This document shows, piece by piece, positions 14,797 through 27,925 of a stretch of DNA of 64,000 nt (position 1 is the first letter of the stretch; each line of letters begins with the position of its first letter). A program made the position numbers and the translations under genes. The notes under the pieces are model-generated. The model was not told where the DNA came from. It did no database searches and worked only from the letters and a program-made list of their open reading frames with translations. Origin of the DNA: Chrysomallon squamiferum (taxonomy: Eukaryota > Animalia > Mollusca); the NCBI GenBank assembly GCA_012295275.1, contig CM022671.1, positions 21,824,001-21,888,000 on the forward strand, in the 5' to 3' direction.

Positions 14797-15121
14797 TGCG
14801 CGCGTGAGTATCGTGACTATGTGTGTTTATATTTATATATACGTGTTCGTGGCCGTAACTAGACTCTTTTTGAAATGAGGCAAAAACACTTAATCAGCGA
14901 TAAACCTGTCTGATGTCTGATATATTTAACGTCATTTATGTCTTTCGTCTCAACGATGTCAATAGACTTCAAGCGGTAACCTTAGACAAAAACGAATTCA
15001 TTTAGTGGATATCGTTTCTAACAGAACAGAGATTTTTATTTTATATAATAAAAAAATTTGTACAAAAAAAAAAAAATTAACAAAAAACAAGATAGCATTT
15101 GCTTCATTTGCCTCATTGTAG

Positions 15122-16503
15122 TGTCACGGGGCTCACACCTTTAAACACCTTGTATGTTGTATTAAGGCTCAGTCTAGGGTAACAAGGTGCTTTAATGGCC
15201 ACCTGACAAAGAATATAAACGTTAAATTGACAGCAATCTATATAAATCGATAAGTCTATCTATCCACTAGAGAAATAAACACAACACCAGTTACGGGTCA
15301 CGTTAATTATTTAATTATGATATACAGGTGACTTCCTAATAATATATTACACAATTATAAAACATACTTTTAAGTAATTTTGATTAATGATACGAGAAAG
15401 GTCATACGAGTAAGGTCATACGGGTAAACGAGACAAAATAAGAATCTGCACGGAGGACAGATTAAAACCTTAAAATTTTAGGTATAATAAATGTTATGGA
15501 CACAGGTTAATTGCACTTTACACCCTATCAAAATAAGAATAGATAATCGCTTAACATACTCATCCGTAAACATGTCATTCAAAAACATTTGGTTTCCCCG
15601 CCTGACTGAATTCTCGTCTTGACCGTTTCCATCGCTCTCGCTTACTTCGCTCTGATCTTTTTTCTCGTCTTTTTAATTATCTTGAACAATGAAAAAAAAA
15701 AGAAAAAAAAGTAGCGTGCTAATCAGAGCAAGCTGTTGTGAAGCACGTCTACGACGGGCACGCTTTCTGACAGGTCAGCGGGCGTGCCTGTCGCAGAAAA
15801 GAGTTTTCGGTAAGGAAAGAGAATGGGTTCTTGTTACGATTGCAGGACACAAGGCAGTGTCCAGCATATCGGATCGTAACGAATCGGTTGCGATGTTTCG
15901 TTGATGTTTTCCGCTCGTTGTTGTTTCCGCCATTTGTCTAGCTCGTTGAATGTGTCGAATTCGTCACCGGGTCTGTGCTGGTTGCGTCCTGTTTGTTTGT
16001 TCTGTTCTCGGCTGCTGTTGATGTTTCCTTGTTTTTTCTGGCTGTTTTCTTGTTCTTTCTGGCTGTTTCCCTCTGGTCCAACAATTCCAATGGTCTTTTT
16101 AGTGATTTAAAAGATGCTGTATACACCTGCAACTAAACGTTTAGTTACCTTTGAACCTTGAATCTTGAAAAAAAAAATGAACTTGCTAATCAGAGCAAGC
16201 TGTTGTGAAACTGAAACTGAAACTGAAAAAAAATGAACGTGCTAATCAGAGCAAGCTGTTGTGAAACTGAAACTGAAACTGAAAAAAATGAACGTGCTAA
16301 TCATAGCAGGCTGTTGTGGAGCAAGTCTAGCCATTTTATGACAACGCCATAGATTGAAAAATTTGCCGAAACAGTAAAAAGAGTGGATGTGATTTGTAGC
16401 AACAATTAAAGTAATGCAATCTGACTTCATCGCTTAAACATAAAAAGGAACGGATCTCTGATTGATGTAACAAATTTGGTTACGCAATCTGAATTCCGTG
16501 ACG
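15122..16503. mobile_element. Probable solo LTR (Gypsy-like) with nested short repeats
   Basis: Termini TGTCACGG...CCGTGACG flanked by a 4-bp direct repeat GTAG (15118-15121, 16504-16507); a related deleted copy lies at about 39775-40221. Confidence 0.6.
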
Positions 16504-17764
16504 GTAGTTAAGGCATGTATATATATATGCTTTGTGTGTATCTGTGTTTGTCTTGCTCTGATTAGCACGTTAATGTTTTTTCAAGATTCAAGATCTGTGT
16601 TTGTATATATTTATTCATGTATGGGGATGTATCTATTTACATGTATGTGAATGTATGTGTAGACTTGTGTCTGTGTGTGTATGTCATTTGAATTTCAAGC
16701 AGAATTTAAGAAGGAATACGTTACATGGGTTTTATAGCGCACGTTTTTTGAGGTTCTTGCAGGTACAGTTACTGCCCGTGCACTAATTAAAGAAAAGCCA
16801 TTATTATTAGTAGTATTTTCCAGTTATCGCCATTATTAACATCGTGTAGTTTTGACTTCTTATTGTCAATTAACTAATTATGGACCATTACGATATCTCA
16901 TTTCAATAAGAATATTTTATTTTGCAATATGTATTTAAAACAAGTATGCAGGCAAACAAACAAATGATGAACAAAAAAAAAAAAAAGAGAACAGAAATAA
17001 AATCACCAAAAAACAACAACAAAAAAACGCGATAGGATAAAGAAAACAAACAAATTAGGCGTAATACGGAATGAGACTTGTAAACATCAACTTGATGTAA
17101 GTTATAAACAACCTGTTGCGAAATAAGGAGGTCAGAGAAACCTAGGCGATGCTATTGGCGGACTTCGTCTGATGACAAACTTGCAAGTCTTTGACCCCGC
17201 GTCAGTATTTCTTGCTAAAAGGAACAATTAATAAAAACACAAATCGCGTATCCGGTTTAAAGAGAAAAAAAAATCGTCATAAACAACAGTGATTTATCAT
17301 TCGAAAGGATCTACCGTATTTCTTTCAGAAAAAATCATGGCTTATTTATTTATGTATTTATTTATTTATATTCATTGTTTTTTTTTTCTTTCTTTCATTC
17401 TTACTTTCTTTTTTTTTCTTTTTACTTTATCATTTTACAAAAAAAAAAAAAAAGAGATAAAAATGAAAGAAAACCCGCTGTTCTCTCATTTCGGAAATAA
17501 ATGTACACACACACATATACGTAAAATGGTTATACTTGTAGTATCGTTAGATAGTAGTAGTAGTAATTTTGATAGTAACAGCAGAAGTGGTCGAATGTTA
17601 ATAATAGCAGTAGTAATAATAATAAAAGTTTTTATAGTAGCATTATTAATAGTAATATTGGGAGCAATAGTAATAATAGAAACTATAGTAGTAGTTGTTG
17701 TTGTTGTAGTTATAATTAGTATCAGTAGGAGTTGTTGTAGTAATGCTGATATTATCACGAAGTT

Positions 17765-17974
17765 TTGTGACGTAGTTCTGAAAGTGGCTAGATTTCGTTC
17801 AACGCAGGCCTCTATCCGAGGATTTACGGTACTTTTTTAAAAACAAAATTGTATGACGCAGTATTTCTCATAAACAATCAATGAGAGAACACCAAATAAA
17901 AGGACATCCGCGTCGACGTGAATAAAAGGGCAACACGAAGAACATCGTCACATGACTGTATTCTAAATCAGAAG
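17765..17974 (+). promoter_or_regulatory. Conserved family promoter and exon 1 (gene B1); homologous exon-1 ends at 25223, 33074, 38771, 49970, 53440, 58909
   Basis: TGTGACGTAG and ATGACG CRE-like sites, (C)CAAT-like box, TGAATAAAAGG TATA-like box (about 17919-17929), then AG|GTAAGT or AG|GTAAAT donor about 45-55 nt downstream. Confidence 0.6.
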
Positions 17975-18450
17975 GTAAGTTATACTTGAATTTGTTCTTC
18001 GTTTCTACTCTGTTCTACGTCTACAACGTTATTTTCTGTTCTAACGCATGCTCCGTGTCTCGGACATCAGAGGCCGAGTTATAATTAATATATGTTAACA
18101 GGTATATCGTTACTGAAATATTTTTATTCTAGTTATCATTTATTAATTCAAATTATTTGCGTAACTGGGCCTAAACTCATCAGCTCATTCACTAGGGAAA
18201 TTCTTGCACCAGTATCGGTTTTTCCAAGCACTATCTACGGGAAGGTCCATAAAAATATCCCTTACAGCCAGTCTTCAACCTGTTTATTTATACCTTAACT
18301 CTTTCGTCCTTAAAATATAACTATGACGCCATATAATAGTAGACTGTTAACTGTTGACTGTCTTTAAATAAGACAATTCTTCTTCTAATTATTATTATTA
18401 TTTCTTGTCTGTTTATTTCGTTTGTTCTTTTTGCCGTCGTTATTTCGTTT

Positions 18451-18574
<124 letters not shown>

Positions 18575-18832
18575 GCGTCTGGGTGTAAGTGTATGTGTGT
18601 GTGTTTTGTAATTTTATTTTTATTTATTTCAAAGCTTCTTTTATGGGGGTTGCGTTTTTTGTGTTGTTTTACATCGGTTTTTTCTTTTTCTTTATTTTTT
18701 TACTCTTTTTATTTTATTTTATTTTATTTATTGTTATTTATTATTATTATTTTTTTTTTGTGTGTATGGTTGTTGTTTTTTTCCTCTTGTTTATTTTTTC
18801 ACATAAATTTAATTGTCTTCCTTTCTGCAGAC

Positions 18833-19214
18833 ATGGAAACCCTTGCATTCTGCCTCGTGCTGCTGTTGTCGCTAGGGTGCGCTGTCAGCGGTCCAGCACG
18901 TGACCTTTACGAGATACGTATTTTACCGGACGAGACGACATGTTACAGGGATGGAACCATGTCAATCGTTTATTACTACAAAGGATACGGATATGTACAC
19001 GAGAACTGGAATACCGGTTCGGTATGTAGCTGGCATTTTCATGTTTAATTCAATGTTTAATTCAAACGTGACGCAGACTGAAAATCTCTAGTCTGCTGAC
19101 TGGGATTGAGGCTCTGTGACAGTTAAGTTGAATAAAATAAAAATGTATATGTGTCTATGTGTGTGTCTGCGTGTGTGTGTGTGTATGTGTGTATAAGTAA
19201 GTATATATGTGTGC

Positions 19215-19258
<44 letters not shown>

Positions 19259-19659
19259 AGATATATGTATGTATATATATATATATGTATATGTATATAT
19301 GTGTGTATGTATGTATGTATGTATTATTAGTATTACTATTATTATTAAATAAAAATAAATAAATAAATATAAAATAAAATATTTGTGCGTTTGTGTATGT
19401 TATATTATGTACTATATATTATTTATTTATTTATTTATTTAATTTCTTACTATTACAGGTAAGATGTACCAGTGAACCTATGGTTAATTTCAGCCGAATT
19501 GTTTACGGATGGAAAAAAACCTGTAGAGTTAGCAGCCAGACAGGAACGTTTACTGTTAGATACAGGGGCGGCTCGATCTGTTCGAGAAACTACGATTCAA
19601 TTACATACAACAACTGTATAAAAACATCACATATGTGTGGGTTAATGTACGGCAAATGA
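18833..19659 (+). CDS. Family gene B1, 129 aa; exons 18833-19021, 19459-19659
   Basis: METLAFCLVLLLSLGCAVS-GPARDLYEIRILPDETTCYRDGTMSIVYYYKGYGYVHENWNTGS|VRCTSEPMVNFSRIVYGWKKTCRVSSQTGTFTVRYRGGSICSRNYDSITYNNCIKTSHMCGLMYGK*; ctgcag|acATG, donor GTATGT, acceptor tattacag. Confidence 0.88.
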
Positions 19660-21443
19660 TTTAAACACGTAAAGAAAGAAAGAAAAAAATATATTAATAA
19701 CTGCAACAACGAAAAAAACTGTTTCCAACTGTTCCTTTGTTTATTGTAGCAATTAGAAAAATAAAGAAATTATGCATCCATTTGCTTTGTTTTCTATTTT
19801 TCCTACTCTTCTGTAATCAGTCTCTTCTGCATGTTATGCTTGTCTATCTGTTTGTCTGTATGTATGCACGTAGTATATTATGTATGTATGTATGTGTATG
19901 TGTGTATATGTAAACCGTTCTAGCTGACAAATTCTAGGTGGATCTAGGTGACAAATTCTTTTAAATCCAAATAATGTTTGTTTTTTTAATTCTTCTAATT
20001 TACGTAGTGATCATATATTTATATGGTACAGTCTGTGTACATGAATTTGTCATCAGGGCCTGCAACAGTTAACCTTTTTAATTAAACTCAAACTGAAATT
20101 CATGTTCAACTTACCTTCAGATATGCAGGTATTATATACATTTGGATATAGGATCTAGAATTACATGAATATTTTAAAACAACCAAACAGGTAAGTACAG
20201 ATGTACATGTGTACGAATGGTGTTTTCCAACTGGTTGTTTTAAATCTGTTTTCTTCTCATCTTCCTCTGTTATTAGATTGTTTTAAGGGTTGAAGGGGTC
20301 TTTTTCCTTTCTTTATTTCCTAATAGCATAGTGTGCGCTTGTTTTTAAATTACTAACCATCATTAGTTTGTATTTAAACGTTTCTCAGTTTGGCTCTGTC
20401 TCTGTCTCATACACGCAAAATATACACACACACATATATATATATATATGTTATTTTGTTATGTATAAACATAACGTAACCTCATTAGTGCCTTTTCACC
20501 AGACTTGTTTTTAATCGTAATTTTGTTTTCTATGTAGTGAGTAATATAATATTTAATATAATATTTACAAAACCCTTATTTTTTTATGCCCATTTAAAAC
20601 AGAATGTCTGCTACATTTTATTTCAAGTATATTATTAACTTACCGTAATATTTATTTAATTATCGTGTATAAACATGTTTATAATTTATATTTTTACAGT
20701 TCTTACATGTTTACCTAATTAATGTCACAAACTGTATTATATAATTTCGAGAAGTTCGGTTATTTTATAAAACTAAGAAACACTAGGATTAACAAACTGA
20801 AAATGGGCATTAAAATTCAAAGTAAATTGAGAAAGGCTGTCTGCAGAGGTGTTTACTGAGCGCCTATATTATATTATATTTTATTATATTATTGTTGTTG
20901 TTAACAGTAATGATAACAATAATGATGATGATGGTAATTATGACGTTAATGATGCTGATAATAATACTATTCTTCTTCATTTTCTTCTTCTTCTTCTTAT
21001 TGTTGTTGCTACTGCTGCTTCTTCTGCCATTGTTACATGCGGATTCTGTTTTGTGGACGCCGTAACCAGATTTCTTTATTAAGGTACAAAAAAATGTTAC
21101 GCTCCTGTTTTCAGTTAACAGTTTCTGCTGATTTCTGTTTCAGTGCAACTCCTGACGCGGCCTAATAAAACAATTCGGTCAATAAAGTATTGTATAATTT
21201 TGTTGCTAGCTCTCTGACTATCTGTCTTTATATCTATTTTTCTTTCTACCTGCTCTCACCACTGCTCTTTTCCCTTGCATCTTTCGTACATCTGTCTCTC
21301 ATTATATGTATGTGTGTGTTTGTGTGTGTGACCGTGTCTGTGTGTGAGTGTGTGTGTGTGTGTGGGGGGGGGTTGGTGTGAGTGTGAATGATTGTCTGTG
21401 TTTCTGTTTCTCTTCATCAACTGATATATTTATTCGTTTACAG

Positions 21444-21632
21444 ATTTCGGATTGCTACAGTAGAACCGAATTCGACTTTCATCACCGAACGTATATAACC
21501 GCACACGGCTGTGTCTTCAGCGGTCTAACTGGAACTTTTACGATTTCAATCGACTCCGGCACAGACTGTCACGTAAATTACGACTCAGTTACTTTCATCA
21601 ACTGCACAACAAGGTTAAATGTCTGCGGTTAG
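21444..21632 (+). pseudogene. Orphan A-type terminal exon, open frame, upstream exons deleted
   Basis: tttacag|ISDCYSRTEFDFHHRTYITAHGCVFSGLTGTFTISIDSGTDCHVNYDSVTFINCTTRLNVCG*; flanks match gene A intron 2 and 3' region; near 21162 sequence jumps from the homologue of 11278 to that of about 13905. Confidence 0.75.
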
Positions 21633-21964
21633 AAGTAATGGAACTGACTTAATTACGTATGAACGCACTAGAGAACAGTTCAAAACGTGAAACAGTTTTA
21701 TTTGTTTTACAAAAGTATAGTCAAAAAATAAAATAGTATGAGATCAGTGACACCTACGTGATAGAGGAGAGTCCTGTTTAACGTATATGTTGATATTAAT
21801 TCAAAATGTAATGACTATGACTACGATGATGATGATGATGATGATTGTTATTATTATTATTATTATCATCATCATTTTTATTATTATTTTTAGTACTAGT
21901 AGTAGTGTTGGTACAGCAGACCCAACACACTCCTCCAGAAAGATCACGTCGCCATATCTCTAAA

Positions 21965-24314
21965 CGGCTTACTCCCATCTGGTAGAATTCCCAGTTTGTC
22001 GAAAGGCTAAATGTGGTTCAGTGGTCTTATTGACATACATGTTTTTACCTCAGTCATTATAATGAACTCTTCCAGATTATTTGGAAAGCGATTATTATTG
22101 TATAAATACAGTAATATCTCGGTTAACGATATCCCGCTTTAACGATCTTTTTTCTTTACAAATTATATAAATAGAAATTTAATCTTTAATTTTTCGAAAT
22201 AAATGATACAAATCGATACAATGAATGTTTTTAAGTCCGTTATCTATTTACGTATGAATGAATGTATAGACTTGTGTCTGTGAGTGTATGTTATTTAAAT
22301 TTCAAACAGGATTTAAGAAGGATTAGGTTATATGGATTTCACAGCGCAGATCTTCTGAGGTTCTTGCAGGCTCAGTTATTGCCCGTGCACACTAATGTTG
22401 TTAACCTATTTGTCGGTCATTTTACATTTGGCAGATGTCAAACATACAAAGAGTTGTTCGTACTTTGAGTCATTTCTGATTATTATGGTGTCTTCCCATT
22501 TGGTAGAATTCCCAGTTCGTATAATTCCCATTTCGTAGAAAAAGCTAGTTTACCGCAATACCTGATTACCTCTGTATATAATGAACTTGGCCTGTGCATA
22601 CATCTGGTTTCTTTCTAACATTCAGAGGGGGAGCGCATTGTTCCTAAATCGATTATGTAACATCAACCGAAAGCAGAATAAGCGTTCACTACTCATTTGT
22701 TACTTTTTCATTATTATCATCATCATCTTCCTCTTCCTCATTATCATCATCATAATCATCATCATCAACATTATTATTATTATAATATTATTACTATTAT
22801 TATTGTTGTTATTATTATTGTTATTATTATTATTCGTATTCTTCTTATTCTTATTCTTATTATTATAATTACTGTTACTATTATTATTATTATTTTTTTT
22901 TTTTTTTTAAACTGGTCATTTCTAATTCATAAACATTTCCTTTCCATTACAAAACAAGCAACCAATAATAAACAATTTTACATCAATTTCATCTATCTAT
23001 TAAAAAACAAAACGAAAAAAGAATGAAAGAAAAGAAAAATGGCTTACTTCTGTAAGAGAATACGACAAAAATATTATAAATAACTAATTCAGCAATATAA
23101 TTTTTAACAAAACATATTTTACATACGAGTAATTTACTTATATTCAGTAAATAGAATATTTGAACGTTACATTATCATTAACTTTTTGAATTCAACCATA
23201 TTCAGCTTAAACATGTACAAGATATCTGTTACTGATCATATTTACGTTATGCACACATTCATATTCAGATTGTGCACATATTACACAATATATGTGACAT
23301 AGTATATTAATAGTATGTACACTAAAGATATTATGACCTGCAAATACTTTGGCTATGACTGAAAAAGTTTATACGAAGGACCAAATCATTGGGAATACTT
23401 TTAGATAAATACCTTCTATTTTAATTATTTACATTCACTATATTCGATACATAGATTATTTTGATAGTTGTCATATTTGCATACTTTCTCGATAAGCGAT
23501 ATCCATACTACAATAATACCTCAGATTAAAGATGTAATTGGTTCCACATTTCCGATAGTGAAGTGAGGTATCGTTAAGCGGGAGACTAATTTACACAGAA
23601 TTAAGGTTAAAAGCAGTGGTTACTTTCTCGCTGATGAGATCTGATATATAAAAAAAAGGTGAAATAAGGAGAAATAAAACGGCAGTTTAGACATAAATGA
23701 TTTAATAGATTGTAGATATTAAGTAAACAGTAAATCATTTACAAATCAATTCATACAAATACAATAAGAAATAATTATATGCCGCTCATTGTGGGTTTGG
23801 TTTCATTTAAGATAATGTATTTTGTTTCTAAAGTTATTGTCTTCCGTTTCTTTTTATCATCAGCATTTGCCGGTATCGTGTTATTCGTTTTGACATATTG
23901 GAAGGGTAAATTACAAACGAGTGTAAGTCTAAATCGAAGCAGAAGACAAAAGAGAATCAGAATATCAGATGCACGTATGACGTGTCAATTGATCAACACA
24001 GCTGACAGAAGCTCGTGAATGAACGAAAAATTAAAGAAAACAGACTTAAAAACATGTATACATTTGTATCATTTATTTCGAGCAATTAACTATTAAATTA
24101 AATTTCTATTTATATAATTTGTAAAGAAAAAAGATCGTTAAAGCGGGATATCGTTAACCGAGATATTACTGTATTTATACAATAATAATCGCTTTCCAAA
24201 TAATCTGGAGCAGTTCATTATAATGACTGAGGTAAAACCAAGCATGTCAATAAGACCACTGAACCACATTTAGCCTTTCTACGAAATGGGATTCTACCAT
24301 ATGGGACTAAGCCG
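21965..24314. mobile_element. Non-autonomous foldback element with about 250-bp terminal inverted repeats
   Basis: 21965-22215 (CGGCTTACTCCCATCTGGTAGAAT...) is the reverse complement of about 24060-24314 (...ATTCTACCATATGGGACTAAGCCG). No transposase ORF; no clear target-site duplication. Confidence 0.7.
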
Positions 24315-25712
24315 CTGAATTAGACTTGTAAACATCAACTTGATTACGATGTAAGTTATAAACAACCTGTTGCGAAATAAGGAGGTCAGAGAAACCTAGG
24401 CGATGCTATTGGCGGACTTCGTCTGATGACAGACTTGCAAGTCTTTGACCCCGCGTCAGTATTTCTTTCTAAAGGGAACAATGAATAAAAACACAAATCT
24501 CGTATCCGGTTTAAAGAGAAAAAAAATCGTCATAAACAACAGTGATTTATCATTCGAAAGGATCTACCGTATTTCTTTCAGCAAAAATCATCGCTTATTT
24601 ATTTATGTATTTATTTATTTATATTTATTGTTTTTTTTCTTTCTTACATTCTTTTTTTTTTTCTTTTTCCTTTGTCATTTTACAAAAAAAGAAAAAAAAA
24701 AGGATAAAAATGAAAGAAAACCCGCTGTTCTCTCATTTCGGAAATATATGTACACACACACATACGTAAAATGGTTATACTTGTAGTATCGTTAGATAGT
24801 AGTAGTAGTAATTTTGATAGTAAAAGCAGAAGTGGTCGAATGTTAATAATAGCAGTAGTAATAATAATAAAAGTTTTTATAGTAGCATTATTAATAGTAA
24901 TATTAGGAGCAATAGTAATAATAGAAACTGTAGTAGTAGTTGTTGTTGTTGTAGTTATAATTAGTATCAGTAGGAGTTGTTGTAGTAATACTGATATTAT
25001 CATGAAGTTTTGTGACGTAGTTCTGAAAGTGGCTAGATTTCGTTCAACGCAGGCCTCTATCCGAGGATTTACGGTACTTTTTTTAAAACAAAATTGTATG
25101 ACGCAGTATTTCTCATAAACAATGAATGAGAGAGAGAACACCAGATAAAAGGACATCCGCGTCGACGTGAATAAAAGGGCAACACGAAAAACATCGTCAC
25201 ATGATTGAATTATAAATCAGAAGGTAAGTTATACTTGAATTTGTTCTTCGTTTCTACTCTGTTCTACGTCTACAACGTTATTTTCTGTTCTAACGCATGC
25301 TCCGTGTCTCGGACATCAGAGGCCGAGTTATAATTAATATATGTTAACAGGTATATCGTTACTGAAATATTTTTTATTCTAGTTATCATTTATTAATTCA
25401 AATTATTTGAGTAACTGGGTCTAAACTCATCAGCTCATTCACTAGGGAAATTCTTGCACCAGTATCGGTTTTTCCAAGCACTATCTACGGGAAGGTCCAT
25501 AAAAATATCCCTTACAGCCAGTCTTAAACCTGTTTATTTATACCTTAACTCTTTCGTCCTTAAAACATAACTATGACGCCATATAATAGTAGACTGTTAA
25601 CTGTTGACTGTCTTTAAATAAGACAATTCTTCTTCTAATTATTATTATTATTTCTTGTCTACAGTGATTGATTGTGTGTTTCTTTCGTTTCTTGTTTTTC
25701 TTCGTCGTTTTT

Positions 25713-25752
<40 letters not shown>

Positions 25753-25811
25753 GTAATTTTATTTTTATTTATTTCAGGGTTTTATTTTTTGGGTGTTATT
25801 TTCCAACGGTT

Positions 25812-25846
<35 letters not shown>

Positions 25847-25875
25847 CTTTTTCTTTTCTTTTCTTTTTTTTTATT

Positions 25876-25911
<36 letters not shown>

Positions 25912-26030
25912 CTTTTTACTCTTTTTTATTTTATTTTATTTTCTTTATTTTTTTTTTTTTTTTTGTGTATGGTTGTTTGTTTTTTTTTTTTTTTTTTCAC
26001 ATAAATTTAATTGTCTTCCTTTCTGCAGAC

Positions 26031-27081
26031 ATGAAAACCCTTGCATTCTGCCTCGTGCTGCTGTTGTCGCTAGGGTGCGCTGTCAGCGGTCCTGCACATG
26101 ACCTTTACGAGATACGTATTTTACCGGACGAGACGAGATGTTACAGGGATGGAACCATGTCAATCGTTTATTACTACAAAGGATACGGATATGTACACGA
26201 GAACTGGAATACCGGTTCGGTATGTAGCTGGCATTTTCATGTTTAATTCAATGTTTAATTCAAATGTGACGCAGACTGAAAATCTCTAGTCTGCTGACTG
26301 GGATTGAGGCTCTGTGACAGTTAAGTTGAATTAGAGCTAATTACACGCTGTACATCTTTACCCTTTTATAACGAGAACATTGTGAGTCTGTGTATGGTGA
26401 AGTTATACGTACACAATAATGTAAGTAAAAAATGAAACAGTGTATGAATTTAGAACTATATTCAAAGCGCTAAGAAAGTGGAAGGACCCATTTTTAAATA
26501 GTGGTTATTTTCAAACGCGAAAAACCGTTGATGTCTAAATAAGCATATATGATTTTTCTTCTTCATATTTCATTGATTAAAATAAAAATGTATATGTGTC
26601 TATGTGCGTGTCTGCGTGTGTGTGTATATGTGTATAAGTAAGTATATATGTGTGCATGTATGTATATATATATATATATATATATATGAATGTATGTGTA
26701 TATATATATGTATATATGTGTGTATATATTTATGTATGTATGTATGTATGTATTATTATTATTATTACTATTAAATAAAAATAAATAAATAAATATAAAA
26801 TTAAATATTTATGCGTTTGTGTATGTTATATTATGTACTATATATTATTTATTTATTTATTTAATTTCTTACTATTACAGGTGAGATGTACCAGTGAACC
26901 TATGGTTAATTTCAGCCGAATTGTTTATGGATGGAACAACACCTGTAGAGTTAGCAGCCAGACAGGAACGTTTACTGTTAGATACAGGGGCGGCTCGATC
27001 TGTTCCAGAAACTACGATTCCATTACATACAACAACTGTGTAAAAACATCACATATGTGTGGGTTAATGTACGGCAAATGA
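26031..27081 (+). CDS. Family gene B2, 129 aa; exons 26031-26219, 26881-27081
   Basis: Recent duplicate of B1 (6 aa differences: E2K, R23H, T36R, KK>NN, I>V); intact splice sites; ends CGLMYGK*. Confidence 0.88.
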
Positions 27082-27820
27082 TTTAAACACGTAAAGAAAG
27101 AAAAAAAAAGAATATTAATAACTGCAACAACGAAAAAAACTGTTTCCAACTGTTCCTTTGTTTATAGTAGCAATTAGAAAAATAAAGAAATTATGCATCC
27201 ATTTGTTTTCTCTTTTTTCCTACTCTTCTGTAATCAGTCTCTTCTGCATGTCATGCTTGTCTATCTGTTTGTCTGTATGTATGTACGTAGTATATAATGT
27301 ATGTACGTATGTATATGTATATGTATATGTATGTGTATGTGTATATATGTAAACCGTTCTAGGTGACAAATTCTAGGTGGATCTAGGTGACAAATTCTTT
27401 TAAATTCAAATAATGTTTTTTTTTAATTCTTCTAATTTACGTAGTGATCATATATTTATATGGTACAGATTGTGTACATGAATTTGTAATCAGGGCCTGC
27501 AACAGTTAACCTTTTTAATTAAACTCAAACTGAAATTCATGTTCAACTTACCTTCAGATATGCAGGTATTATATACATATGGATATGGAATCTAGAATTA
27601 CATTTTACTGTAATCTCTGCTATAAAACAAATCTCATTTTTATTTTGTTTAGAGAACTCAGTGTATTTAGGAATTGATATTCCGTTGTTATATGTATCTA
27701 TGTATGTGAGTAAATAAGTAGGTACATATACGTAGGTATGTACGTATTTATCTAGGTAGGTAGATAGATATAGGTAGGTATGCACATATGTATGTTTAAC
27801 CTTTGATTTATATGAATCGG

Positions 27821-27861
<41 letters not shown>

Positions 27862-27864
27862 AGC

Positions 27865-27925
<61 letters not shown>

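Noticed and set aside
16749-16760. TGA-GGT-TCT-TGC as a selenoprotein UxxC motif
   Set aside because: The frame is closed by TAA shortly upstream in both copies and no SECIS was recognised.
17289-17840. 183-aa hydrophobic ORF (also 24771-25118) as a membrane protein
   Set aside because: Translation of poly-T/A and (GTA/ATA)n low-complexity promoter DNA; frame not preserved among copies.
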